The position numbers were made by a program, and so were the translations under genes. Below the pieces are notes generated by a model, which saw nothing but the letters and a program-made list of their open reading frames with translations, was not told the origin of the DNA and searched no databases. Below are positions 20,301 to 27,500 of a stretch of 32,693 nt of DNA, piece after piece. The stretch comes from Candidatus Woesearchaeota archaeon (GTDB taxonomy: Archaea > Nanobdellota > Nanobdellia > Woesearchaeales > JAAOYA01). Where the stretch lies: NCBI GenBank assembly GCA_018221105.1, contig JAAOYA010000009.1, positions 62,001 to 94,693 on the forward strand, given 5' to 3'. Within the stretch, counting starts at the first letter, position 1; every line of letters begins with the position of its first letter.

Positions 20301-23300
20301 GCATTTACACAATCGTTCCCACTTGAAGCACTATTACTTCCCCAACTGATTGCTGAAGGCGAGCTGTCACTATAACAATCTGGTTCTTGTGCTGGTGTGT
20401 ATTGATACACGCCATCCATTTCAGGAAACCCAAGAACGTTACCAACAATTGACCAGTATGTACTAGTAGCTTGAATGTTAAGAGAATTTCTTCCATAACC
20501 AACATTTAGAACGCCCCAATCGATTAAGTGTTCTCTATTAATCCAATTTCTAAATACCATCCCGTGACTGCTACTTCCCCAGGTATTATCAGGGAATATG
20601 GTGTTTACAATGTTTCCTTCGTATAAGTTCATAGTTGGGTGAGCTCCATGTAAACCTATGCCTTCATGTAATAATCCATCCCAATCAGAATTCCTAGGGT
20701 TATTGAGAAAATTATAAGCGATGACAAGTCCTGATCCGCCACCTTCAAAATTGATGTTGTATCGGCCTTTTTCTATCATGTTATCATATATGTAGTGGTC
20801 AGAGTTGCTAAGAAATACCCATAGTGTATATCCGTTTCCTGAACTATATCCAGAAGCAGATTCGTGTAGATAACACCCGGTGATTATGTTACCATGACTA
20901 TAACTTAAGAACATATGTGTCCTTGCATTATATACTTCGATGTTTTTTGCCCATGATTTTTGAGTTAATTTAAAATTTACCGCCCCGTTTTGTTGGCTGG
21001 CACTAGAACTTGTATAAACAATCTTTAAATCTGAAATTCCTGAACGTGATGAAAGTGTGAACTCTTGTACTTCGGGGCTATTATCGTAAGTAAAGTATGC
21101 TGGTCTGCTTATGTCAAAATCCCAATTAGCACCGTTTGGAACTTTGTTGCTAAGCTCGACGAATTGTCCAACTAAATGAACGCCGTCATCATCTCCACAC
21201 CAACTACATCCACCACTATACCATCCATCTTTGTCAACAAGATTATTATCTTCTCTTCCTGATAATAAGATCATATCGCCATCGTTTAAACTTCCAGCAC
21301 CGCCTGTGACTGTTATTTTAGTATCTCCTTTATTTACTGTGCTTATAGAAGTCCAACTGCCACTGTAAGATCCACTTCCCATTGTAAAAGATGATCCTGT
21401 CCCAGTATATGTAACAGTAACAGCGCCCATACCCGCGCCTTTTAACTCTCGTCCAGCAGGGATATTAATTGTTGTTGAACCAAGATTGTAAGAGCCTGCA
21501 TTCATATAACAATACTCACCAACATCCAAATTATCTAGACAAATCTGTATCTGTGCAGCTGATGCTCCAGAACTCACACTTGCTCCTTGATCATAGTCTG
21601 GGATGCCTGCTACAACACCCACATTGTTACTCCAATCACCATCCCTATCATCAGGCCAAGCATTTGTTGGCGGAGACCACATTGGCGAAGGTGTTGTTTG
21701 GCCTGTTCGAAGTGGATGTGGGTACGTGTATGGTGTGTAACCTGGTTTTTGTGATAAATAGTAATCTCTTCCTTCTTGAATAAAGCACACGTTAGAATCG
21801 ATTCCAGCGCTGCACTGAGCTGCGTTGTTATATACTTTTGGAACTGTGTTGCAATCATAACCATCATCTCCAGCGAATAAGTTGTAAACATTTACAAAGT
21901 TTGAAGGTTGAACATTATTCCATATATATACAGGGTTTTGTGTTGTGCCAACATATCCTGGCTGGTCAATACAAGGGTATGTTAGACACCGCGTTGTCCA
22001 AGAATGCGAGGTGCTGCCACAAGCGTTATCACCTGCGTTGTTTAATCCATAATAAACAAGGTTGATGCCGTGATCACTGCCACCGCTCCAAGAACCACTT
22101 CCTGTTTCTGTCCAGGTATTGTTAAAAATTGCGCCAGTTCCACCACGATATTTTATCGCAGCATAGCATGAGCTGTCACAGTCTGCTATGTTTTCATAAT
22201 ATTCTAATAATATTGGCCCTCTGTAATTTGCACCTACATCTTCGTATCCATGTGTTGATATCCACGTGTTTTGAAAAGTGTTGTGTCTAGCGATGATTCT
22301 TGCAGCGTCCCAAACTTCTAGCCACGCTGAGCCCGCTACTGTGTTGTCAAATACGTTGTCTTCAACAAAGACACCCCATTGACCTCCGACAAGTGCAGGT
22401 CTGCTAAAAGCTGCGTCTCTATCTCCTTCAACAAACACCGAGACAACCCCAAATTGCATATCATAAAATTCGTTGTTATCTATCAAGCCATACACATCAT
22501 TGATTCTTAAAGGATAAGATCTCATAGCATTAAACTTAATATTATGAACTCTAAACTTCATAAAGTCTTGAGCAGCACCATGAATGTAAATCACACCCCG
22601 CTGGTGTGATTGTGAAGCTCCTGCTTCAATTGTCATATCAGAAATAGTTACTCTTTCATCTAAACCCATATTACAATCAAACAATGCAACAGTGCCAGCA
22701 TTATTATCGATGATTGTTGTGACGTCAATCCCACTTCCCTGAATAGTTATTGTTTTATCAATTATCACATTAGAATTCCACGTACAGCTCCCAGCAGGAA
22801 TAATAATTGTGTCTCCATCTGTAGCGTTGTCAATCGCTGCTTGCACGTCTGTTTGCGAACAACTGCTTACTGTATAGTTTGAAAACCCTGGTACTTGATA
22901 ACTAATTGTGGTGCCAGCACGTGATACTAATTGACAATCAGCACACTCAATTCCATCACGATATATTTTAGGATCTTGCAAGTCAATACCGTAAAATGTT
23001 ATTCTTGCTCTTTTGTTCAAACGCTTGTCAGCTTTAGAGTTTACTCCAATAAAACCTTTTTTTATTACTATGTGTTTGTCAAGGTTGGCGTTTGTTAGAT
23101 CTAATTCTTCTAAAAATTCTATTCCGCCATGAGTTGTGTCTTCTAATATTACGTTTTGTGCTTTTTCTAGTTGAGTTTTTGACATGCTATCAAAGCGTGT
23201 TGTTCTGCCACGAAACTTTGAATATGCCGGGGTTGTTGTAGGAACTCTGTCAGGAACTTGTACTTGTGCTGATTGTGTTTGAGAAGTTGTGGTTGTTGGC

Positions 23301-23740
23301 TGATAGCTTTGTTCAACTATTATCGAGTCTGTTGTTTGCAAGGCTTCATAACCGCTTTTGTAACAAACAATATCATAATCGTAGTTTGCAGGACTGAAAA
23401 AAACAGTCTCGTATACGTATTCACTAGCAGTCTCGCTCATAATATGTACTTGTCCTCGAATTATAAACCTGCAAGTAGCTCCACTAAGTGATTCTCCAGT
23501 GCTTATATCGTTGTAGTCTGCACTAAAAACTGCAGTTTCACCACTAACAATCGGCCCATTATCACTAATTGTTAGTGTTGAAGTAGTACCATTAATATTG
23601 CTAAAAGCAACAACTATAACAGTGTACGCGACAATTGCAGTAATGATAGCAATTGAAAGAAACAATAATTCGTGAGGTGCTTCAGGGCGCTGCCTATTGA
23701 TATGTCTCTGTTTACTCTTTTTTGTGCCCCTCCTACTCAT
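8333..23740 (-). CDS. Giant (5135 aa) multidomain cell-surface protein: 7 beta-helix-like modules, 2 LamG domains, Cys/Asp-rich repeats, CBM-like domain, PGF-pre-PGF-like domain, TM, cytoplasmic DUF835-like tail
   Basis: Uninterrupted 15.4-kb ORF with an N-terminal hydrophobic helix. LamG motifs (GLVAWLKFDDG...IDDFRIYNRVL; GLFAHWAFDE...IDDVRVYNRVL), DxDGD..DCDD..INP..EIC.N..DEDC repeats, DRGAYEF (choice-of-anchor Q-like), VEAEDG (CBM-like), FAITG, TM WALILFAVLISAGSLIILY. Confidence 0.93.
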   Translation of the reverse strand: MSRRGTKKSKQRHINRQRPEAPHELLFLSIAIITAIVAYTVIVVAFSNINGTTSTLTISDNGPIVSGETAVFSADYNDISTGESLSGATCRFIIRGQVHIMSETASEYVYETVFFSPANYDYDIVCYKSGYEALQTTDSIIVEQSYQPTTTTSQTQSAQVQVPDRVPTTTPAYSKFRGRTTRFDSMSKTQLEKAQNVILEDTTHGGIEFLEELDLTNANLDKHIVIKKGFIGVNSKADKRLNKRARITFYGIDLQDPKIYRDGIECADCQLVSRAGTTISYQVPGFSNYTVSSCSQTDVQAAIDNATDGDTIIIPAGSCTWNSNVIIDKTITIQGSGIDVTTIIDNNAGTVALFDCNMGLDERVTISDMTIEAGASQSHQRGVIYIHGAAQDFMKFRVHNIKFNAMRSYPLRINDVYGLIDNNEFYDMQFGVVSVFVEGDRDAAFSRPALVGGQWGVFVEDNVFDNTVAGSAWLEVWDAARIIARHNTFQNTWISTHGYEDVGANYRGPILLEYYENIADCDSSCYAAIKYRGGTGAIFNNTWTETGSGSWSGGSDHGINLVYYGLNNAGDNACGSTSHSWTTRCLTYPCIDQPGYVGTTQNPVYIWNNVQPSNFVNVYNLFAGDDGYDCNTVPKVYNNAAQCSAGIDSNVCFIQEGRDYYLSQKPGYTPYTYPHPLRTGQTTPSPMWSPPTNAWPDDRDGDWSNNVGVVAGIPDYDQGASVSSGASAAQIQICLDNLDVGEYCYMNAGSYNLGSTTINIPAGRELKGAGMGAVTVTYTGTGSSFTMGSGSYSGSWTSISTVNKGDTKITVTGGAGSLNDGDMILLSGREDNNLVDKDGWYSGGCSWCGDDDGVHLVGQFVELSNKVPNGANWDFDISRPAYFTYDNSPEVQEFTLSSRSGISDLKIVYTSSSASQQNGAVNFKLTQKSWAKNIEVYNARTHMFLSYSHGNIITGCYLHESASGYSSGNGYTLWVFLSNSDHYIYDNMIEKGRYNINFEGGGSGLVIAYNFLNNPRNSDWDGLLHEGIGLHGAHPTMNLYEGNIVNTIFPDNTWGSSSHGMVFRNWINREHLIDWGVLNVGYGRNSLNIQATSTYWSIVGNVLGFPEMDGVYQYTPAQEPDCYSDSSPSAISWGSNSASSGNDCVNAPYATRYVHQNYDYVNNGIFNDSSSSGDNTNLPTSLYLSSKPDWWCQETPWPAIGPDVSGYINDLPAKIRYDGDICTLGAACSIPADCPDNGNFCDGTETCSAGACISTGNPCSDDGYSCTTTCNEPTDSCNVPNNGLCDDSNVCTTDSCIGAGGDANGCSYSFNTNSCSDGVSCTQSDTCGGGVCGGIPNDNLCLPLPSGCSIGSCDINQGCVFLPSGCDVGSGLVAWLKFDDGSGSAAIDSSSNNNDGTVNGPAWASGIIDGAINAIGDADYVEISTTNVDANQGTIATWVWANSFAAADENFIFGHTTYPVYGSRIQIYTDDPGGNLDLGLGDNHALDTGIYNLDLDTWYHIALTWDGTNYEVYVDGNLETSGTYTGLTSINSFADVANNGNTGTRDEAWNGLIDDFRIYNRVLSQAEIQTLEGAPPSCADVDGDTYGVGCATGPDCDDTNASINPAATEICGNSVDEDCNLGLDNGCGGVCDTDSDGHDEEGILFTWCTLLTGQPQDDCDDDNAAVNPSMTEICENSLDDDCTGGDAICPPTGPVCSNEIIEAGEACDGSDVNGYTCSDFPGYASGNLACQNDCKAYDVSSCNAGSTVQATGCSQSEVQTAINLAIDGDTVLVPEGNCVWNNPISLTNKAVVLQGAGIDKTNITDDVSGTMISSSSSTKPMRVTRFTFKSGANADANGVIFIGGSSTNWRVDNNKFLNINYRGIWVDGETYGLIDNNLFVGTTSFQGILVGLSDGNLAWSQEVNLGNKDAVIIENNVFSFSNLWEGRVAVDGDDGARLVIRNNNLTNIILTVHGACSSERAAMSYEIYNNKIELNNGNSASRAIFLRGGTGVIYNNKFTGSITRPIGPTNYRTCDGVGANCGFSYDRCDGDSVFDGNQDSTGWPCLDQIGRTTDQASMPLYEWNNTYNSADTDIYPVNSWGCSNPQPLDHIQEDRDYFNDLEKPDYTAYVYPHPLAVEPDPTIQADSCSFADVQTAINNTNPGDTVLIPAGSCDWGGTNGITISKQDITIQGAGASNTIIYNNNDYAFLFSGTSGSGARITQIGFNDCSPCIKFTGTNSAKDFRIDHCKFTDSYGIQTLGTVRGVADHNEFYDSYAFYLFADGNSAQTYPLVVGDAMSSTTNVIFIEDNLFEVSGSGCVAHTFVGNLAARAVIRYNTIDYRPTTCWDALDAHDSNENYPSRGTLGYEIYKNKFYFASGAARTMHLRGGQHMVYDNYFNVGMNNAIRITSYTYHARPERCTGNPYDVDDASGSSCPDQINHAYFWGNKDNCGSDMDNCVGGNTESVDNLASAVLIENTHYFQCSTKQECINDYGLSYNPYTYPHPLVTGSPPPLVEVCDNSVDDDGDTLIDCADSECTSAPNCQVPCTLTDASWSVTSATQYDTVSLTVTGDSGCNGKTLSFETFENDSVFDDPANFNPGNAVFNSGGIATTSWVAEWQSDGIGDPEYYFIATQTDNLSNYIYSNNELSVSEAVVDLSTGLFAHWAFDESSGSTASDSSGNSNDGTVYGALWASGTINNALNFDGLNDYVEVGALDITGSALTISAWFKSDNLASCGSSDCRIISKSISTAEADHYWMISTIASSGVKLRFRLKTSGTTSTLIATSGNLVNNQWYHGVAVYDGNFMKLYLDGVEVGSIAKTGVIDTNNLVNANIGRNPDGSVPFDGLIDDVRVYNRVLTTTEINALFALGGGIPPPPSGSVINASSCSQLDVQAAINSASDGDTVNVPAGNCTWTTLSGNTPAVQISNKGIILQGAGIDVTIINDETGTLSNQYPLEISNSNNVRITGFTFRGMKKRSATEPGLVIGGNSFNWRVDNNKFDSTGTNGRGMWARGEGVIDHNVFVNTYQGVAVKGLGNASWDEPFTPGTEHAVYVEDNIFNYASPYDGALDSYNGGRYVFRHNIVNGTRIGHHGADSGDYRSTHTYEIYENTFSTINSQRFMFFRGGTGVVFNNTANGNYNTKLEVTNYCTCAAESSCPISRQCNNYPCQDQIGRTTDHDLNGTQDQEPLYEWNNVLNGADVDISVSNAYAGCINPQPSDHIKENRDYYNDLEKPDYVPYIYPHPLVTGTPPPSGNIHYVMDGASGDGSDWNNAYGSLPATLQRGHTYYIADGNYSSYTFDAVEQGSEYITIKKAIETDHGTSDGWLSTYGDGVADWTRWTITTSYWEFDGQVGQWADSMYGVPALPNYVPYGFRILLNTASTGAKVIRIGAFGNTVNNINLRHLEMGFSNAPGVSSAWADSQDIVYAAASNLICSYCWIHDAGRVNWFPLAALDDVVVEYSVLERNGQAVAAGFGSQHSELYSADGGSNHVFRYNIIRDWRSTGGLILHDDNGNPPHFTNWQAYGNVFTTTGYFLGSTGDSNGVLNSLSDGVSNSAYVYNNAFVDIDYGCSILSFGGYAAREIYNNIFYNCRRFGGNTYADIGGTTHDYNWFYNSGAQSETNIEYGLGNPFIDSANGDFRLNAATNAGSTLGVPYNIDPDGNIRGSDGVWDRGAYEFDSGVDPCSSGANYKQLNATTLQACSCDYADVSAAVTAANPEDTVNVPAGTCTWSNSITIGNDVTLQGAGIGNTLISGNGANLNDNSRLTGFEFSTDVDIAVTQGADNWRIDHNKVEQSGSQGVWLSMSILCDSDPVYMTGLIDNNEIINARILTNGCSDNEYSGALWYTTYRDYDFDSEKIFIENNTITMSSTTGVVDGNNGGRFVVRFNTITDGYFEAHGARDRRGFQSWEIYRNNLIMTQTGSPMAANLRGGSGVIFDNNCNGTIDYCDWTISTERCISSYPSYTYSTRCDGVSQWDTYSHPGSGIDFMCFDATGAGRDTQLSAGVIDQPPYDQEYNPAYMWGNTRNTINPWEFRVSYCSDKIIEDRDYFLDDSSNIGFGNGGVSSGLWTNRPVCDITKQNQGYWAIDMGSDWNAEGTDGALYVCDGVNTWNLRYTPTSYPHPLRTGGAPPPPVEICDNSVDDDGDSLVDCLDSDCSSHPSCTGSNFLPDQIVEAEDGVLTSPVSVGNDAGASGGQYITTSIDDSGVASYTFDISTENDYYIQARILADSQGTNSYYAGLSTENPANDNTYTWDLAETTVWALDNVTNRGDIADPKVWHLTVGTHTFEVHGREQGTWLDTIQLLTAPSCTDVDGDTYGVGCVAGPDCDDTNASINPSASEVCGNSVDEDCDTILNNGCGGVCDTDNDNHDQEGILFAWCTLLTGQPQDDCDDNNANVNPSMTEICENGLDDDCSGSDATCPPCTDIDGDTVCDSSDSCIGENFANMPSDGTCYYYTFNYGTGCHQQNNNASGTQVALIDCDYLDTVCQDYNDVYDVCDGSGGITSGTCNDYTNDDGSTVCTTTSETHLGCDNEGINNYDVLNITGFYDIYCGISTGNCDGSNISTGAGAIVIDNCNATEYCTVGIDTCILDIDLDDDGFNNTVDCNDNNSSINPGAIEVCDSGVDENCDTIFETCSTCEDVDGDGYFNLNGCNNLTADCNDNNVSINPNATEIIYNGINEDCNITTFDDDLDQDGYNASDECDDYNGLINPSRTEICGNTVDEDCSGTANSCPPPGGGGGGSSGGGSAYTPPVELTNITHLFTYANVVSRVVTELKSTTQTGLELGENATVSAATLPENLVYEYFTLTPDFTSNQLETVVIEYRISKTWVDDNNVIESSIDLEHYNGVEWVDTPSNLKNSDSEYNYYTASTNELGDFAITGDRESILGFETVDTIQNIVEDLSDLPQNVEPRALIPSLFQLILKWALILFAVLISAGSLIILYNEIAMIKTSKELGEALFKKPVLIVEKHNEALKLFEDYDYKQKLGITVIPHPELKYNLEINDESGSNVIHPKQITTLTKAILGFKGIIYLEGLDIIIDSTSLAEAKQLVQTLVNNKKPVLITVNHHDLRHDEINELETVITTFKHPKIRIKNLLKHVHASIFTQSNPRDTHHQRIVSYIQKCHSAGISDDRISQKLLSVGWDKKTLTKAYNQLII
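10542..10890 (-). repeat. Intragenic duplication copy B (349 bp; Cys/Asp-rich MopE-like block)
   Basis: Colinear and gap-free with 18669-19017. Includes an identical 29-mer CAACCAACACCGTAAGTGTCGCCGTCAAC (10845-10873). Confidence 0.9.
18669..19017 (-). repeat. Intragenic duplication copy A (349 bp)
   Basis: Encodes PSCADVDGDTYGVGC...EGILFTWCTLLTGQPQDDCDD...CPP, matching copy B. Identical 29-mer at 18972-19000. Confidence 0.9.
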
Positions 23741-23750
23741 TGACTATTCC

Positions 23751-24560
23751 CTAGTCTAATTTTTTATACAAATTAAAATTATTATTTTCGTAATCGTAAA
23801 CATACAAGTCTTTTTTTGCTGGTGTCGCGCGCATTTTAACAACATTGATAAGACCAACAACTTTTAAGTCTCGCTTGTGAGTTTTCATTCTGATGATGCC
23901 ATCTGCTAAGTAATCTTCAACACCGTACTCTGAATAAGTATTGTCTTCTGGTGGAACCTCTGAAATAAAAAGTGATGTAACTCCAAGCTTTTTGAAAAAG
24001 TCAAAAGCTTGAAAAATATTCTTTCTAGGATTTTTAAAATCTGACAAAGTATACAAAGCTGACAAACTATCAACAACAACAATATCTAACATGTTGTTCT
24101 TTCGTAGTTTTATCAAAACTTTTTCAATAATTTCAAGCCAGTCACGCTCACTAGTAGTGGCTTTTTTTGACAAACTTGAGATTTCATGGCGAATATTGCC
24201 AATATCAAACATTATAAAATCAGTGTTGTCAGGTGTCAAGTGCTCAACTTCTGTAAACATACTGCTAGTTGATGGGATAACCTGCATACGAATCTTTTCA
24301 AGATCATAGCCCATGTGAGTCATTTGCTGCAAAATACTATTAGAAGTTTCCTCTAAAGTGATATAAACTACCTTTTTACCTTCTAACACATTATTGTAAA
24401 GTGAGTGAAAACAAAGCGTTGTCTTCATAGTTCCTGCTTCGCCAGAAATCAGCACAATAGAATTACGCGGCACTCCGCCTGCCAGTGCAGCGTCCAAATC
24501 ACTAACATGTGTTTTAATACGCTCTATACCATCTTCTTTTACGTCTTTTTTTAATAACAA
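23751..24560 (-). CDS. Single-domain KaiC-like (RecA superfamily, RAD55-type) ATPase
   Basis: RIKTHVSDLDAALAGGVP, Walker A GEAGTMKT, YITLEE, Walker B VVVDSL, SE, YGVEDYLADGII, arginine-finger VVKMR. TTG start 7 nt after the upstream stop. Confidence 0.92.
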   Translation of the reverse strand: MLLKKDVKEDGIERIKTHVSDLDAALAGGVPRNSIVLISGEAGTMKTTLCFHSLYNNVLEGKKVVYITLEETSNSILQQMTHMGYDLEKIRMQVIPSTSSMFTEVEHLTPDNTDFIMFDIGNIRHEISSLSKKATTSERDWLEIIEKVLIKLRKNNMLDIVVVDSLSALYTLSDFKNPRKNIFQAFDFFKKLGVTSLFISEVPPEDNTYSEYGVEDYLADGIIRMKTHKRDLKVVGLINVVKMRATPAKKDLYVYDYENNNFNLYKKLD

Positions 24561-24567
24561 TTTAACC

Positions 24568-27500
24568 CTACTCTTTTAAACTACTAAAAACTTTATCTAT
24601 CATACTTTTTTGCCATCCGACCTTTATTAAGTTTTCGATAATTTTATCGTCAGATAACCCACTCTTTTGACATTTTACAATATATTCTTTGAGCAGTCCT
24701 TCTTTAGGTGTTAAAACAATAGCTTGTTTTTTAAAATAATGATCTAACAATTCTTTTTTCCAACCAGAACCTAATAACACATTATACAATTGTTCATCAG
24801 TATAACCTTTAGCGCGATTAACTTTAATGTAAGCTTCAAGCTTTTCAACATGTGTGACGTGACGATCTTTAACAACTGGCTTTGAAATCTCTTTTTTGAC
24901 TTCTGGCTCTTTTTTAACCTCTGGCTTTTTTGGTTCTTTTGGCTGCAATGGCCTATCAGTGCCAACAATTTTTTCAGTAGCGCTTTTGTAAAACATTTCA
25001 GGCTGCGCATGCAACATTTTAATTGTTGGCATTTTAGGATTTTTGTAAACAGGAATTTCTAATTCTAAATCATCAAGGTAATCTTTTGGAATGGTGCCGC
25101 TTCGAACACTGATGATTATTGGTTTTTCTTTTTGTACAAGGTTTTGTACAAAGTGACGTGCTGCCATAATGGATGAAGATTGTATTATCATGTTCAAACC
25201 TTCAAAATAGACAATACCTTCATGGGATAAAATTGTATGCAATATTTTTTCAGGTTCTGCAGGGTGAACAACTTTTTTGCCCTGTATTATTTGTTCGTGC
25301 CCAATAACAATATTGTTTTTAATGCCTGACTCTGGACTTCTAGTGATGGCAAGTTTTGGCACGCCATCATCATACGCTTTAAACAGTTTAAGAGAAGCAC
25401 TGCCAGGTTCAACAATTAATACTGGCTCTTCAAAAATTCTATCAGCTAAAGCTTTAGCGCTTTTTAAGTGCACTAGTTTTTGGCGAGTTACAAAACCACC
25501 AATAACTATTATGATAACTGCGAGCAATATTAATAATGGTTTGATAAAATCAATCTGTATTTGAGTGATAGGACCTACTAATTCACCGATCGTTTTGTTT
25601 AGTTCTTCTTGTGATAATGGCGTTTCAGTACTTGGAGACTTAATGTTTGGCTCTGCAGTTATAGCAAAAATATCAAATTGTCCTGTTCTAGTTCTAAAGC
25701 GTAACGCGTCAGCATCTTCTGACAACTTATTAGTTGCCATGTCATTCCAGTTCACACCATCAAAATATTCCATTTTGATAGTTGTCACGTTAGCATCATT
25801 AAACGTGATCCATGAAAGCAACACTTTAAAATCAATTATTGACTCTGTAACATACGAGTAGTCAAAGTCAGGACTGATGTTTAAGTATTTGTAGACCAAA
25901 CTACCTTTTGGTGGCGGGATTCCAATATAACTACTATACTCTTTAGCACTCAACCTTCTATCAACATTTCGTATAGTTTGAGTGTTAATAACTTCAACAC
26001 TTTGCAAATCAAAATATTGAGTGAAATTATTTGAAAAACTAATCAGTGTGCCGCCACCAATCATGCCGCCGCCAGGGCTATCGCCTCCACCGCCAGGACC
26101 AGCAGGACAAGTGCCGCAATCGTTAACGCATGTAGAGCATGACTCGCTACTGTCGCAATTACTGTCACCGCACCAACTCAAAAGGCTTAGGGAGATTTGG
26201 TGTAGTGCGCTGCCCGTGGTAACGTTGACAGTAGCGTTTAAGTCATCTCGCAGTAGTGTGATAGTGGATACTGTTAGTGGAACAATTCGTGGAACATAAG
26301 GCGATAATGTAATACTGACCGGAGGTGTTACAAAACCAGAATCACTACTAATACTTACTGTTCCAGTGTAATCATTAGGATTGTACAATATTATATTATG
26401 ACTTGTTGATTGCTGCTTTAACAAACTCAGCGAACTGCTTATAGGATCAAAGTACAAATAGGGATCTACGCTGAAAGTGTAGGCTCCAGCGCTCAACAAA
26501 TTATCTTGCAAATCATACGCTCTAATAGTATAAGTATAATCTCCAGCAGTCAAATTATCAATACTTATAGTGTGAGTTGTCACAAAAGAACCATTAGAGA
26601 TATTCTTTTGCAATCCTCCAGATTTTTGATAATTAATAGTTATGTTACACGGCTCGCTAAAGAGTATAGTAACATTTACAGGGTAACCCTCGTAAGCACT
26701 ACTAACACTTCGCAATATTATAAATGGCGGGCTGTCATCAATAACACTAAAGTTTGTACTTGCCAGCGCACTATTGTTATAACTGTCGGAGACTAATAGT
26801 GTAGCGCTGTAATTATCAACACTTGTAAGTGTTACTGATGTACCGCTGGTTTGAGCGGCCAGCCCGCCTGAAGAATTAGTAACATTAATCTGCCATGAAT
26901 AACTGCTGTTTTCCGTTACGTTGAACAAGAAATTTACTAAGTTGCCAACATTATAGATTGCTCTGCTAGTAATAAAATAATCGATTATTGGATCAACATT
27001 ATCATTAACTGTTAGACTAGTAGTTGCACTGTCATTGTTGAACACTATATCTTGAGCAACAATCAAAACATTATGAATTCCAGGTATGCCGCTAGAGTAT
27101 TGACCTTCATAAATCTCGACACTAGTATTTGTCAACACTACTTGTGTTGTACTACTATCAGGAGCTGTTATGATGACTCTTGCTAATAACATATTAGCTT
27201 CTGTCACATTAACAGTGATGTTGACTAATTGTGACATATTAACAATTATAGGTGTTATGTTAACACTGTTAATAACAGGATTAGTTGTATCACCAACACT
27301 AAAATTGCCAACTCCTAAAGGGTACGCACTACTGACTAAAATATTATTGCGGCTATCATTTGCAATAATAAAAGCACTATAAATTCCTAATTGGTCAGTG
27401 CCGCTAAACGTGTAATGCCAATTACCATTTTGCGTCATTGGCTGTTGTATTGTACTACTATCAGGCTTTGTAATGTTGACCTGAACTGTATCAACGCTTG

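Noticed and set aside
23751..24560. Circadian clock KaiC or recombinase RadA
   Set aside because: Single domain, no S/T phosphosite pair, no kaiA/kaiB in the window, and no RadA N-terminal HhH domain.
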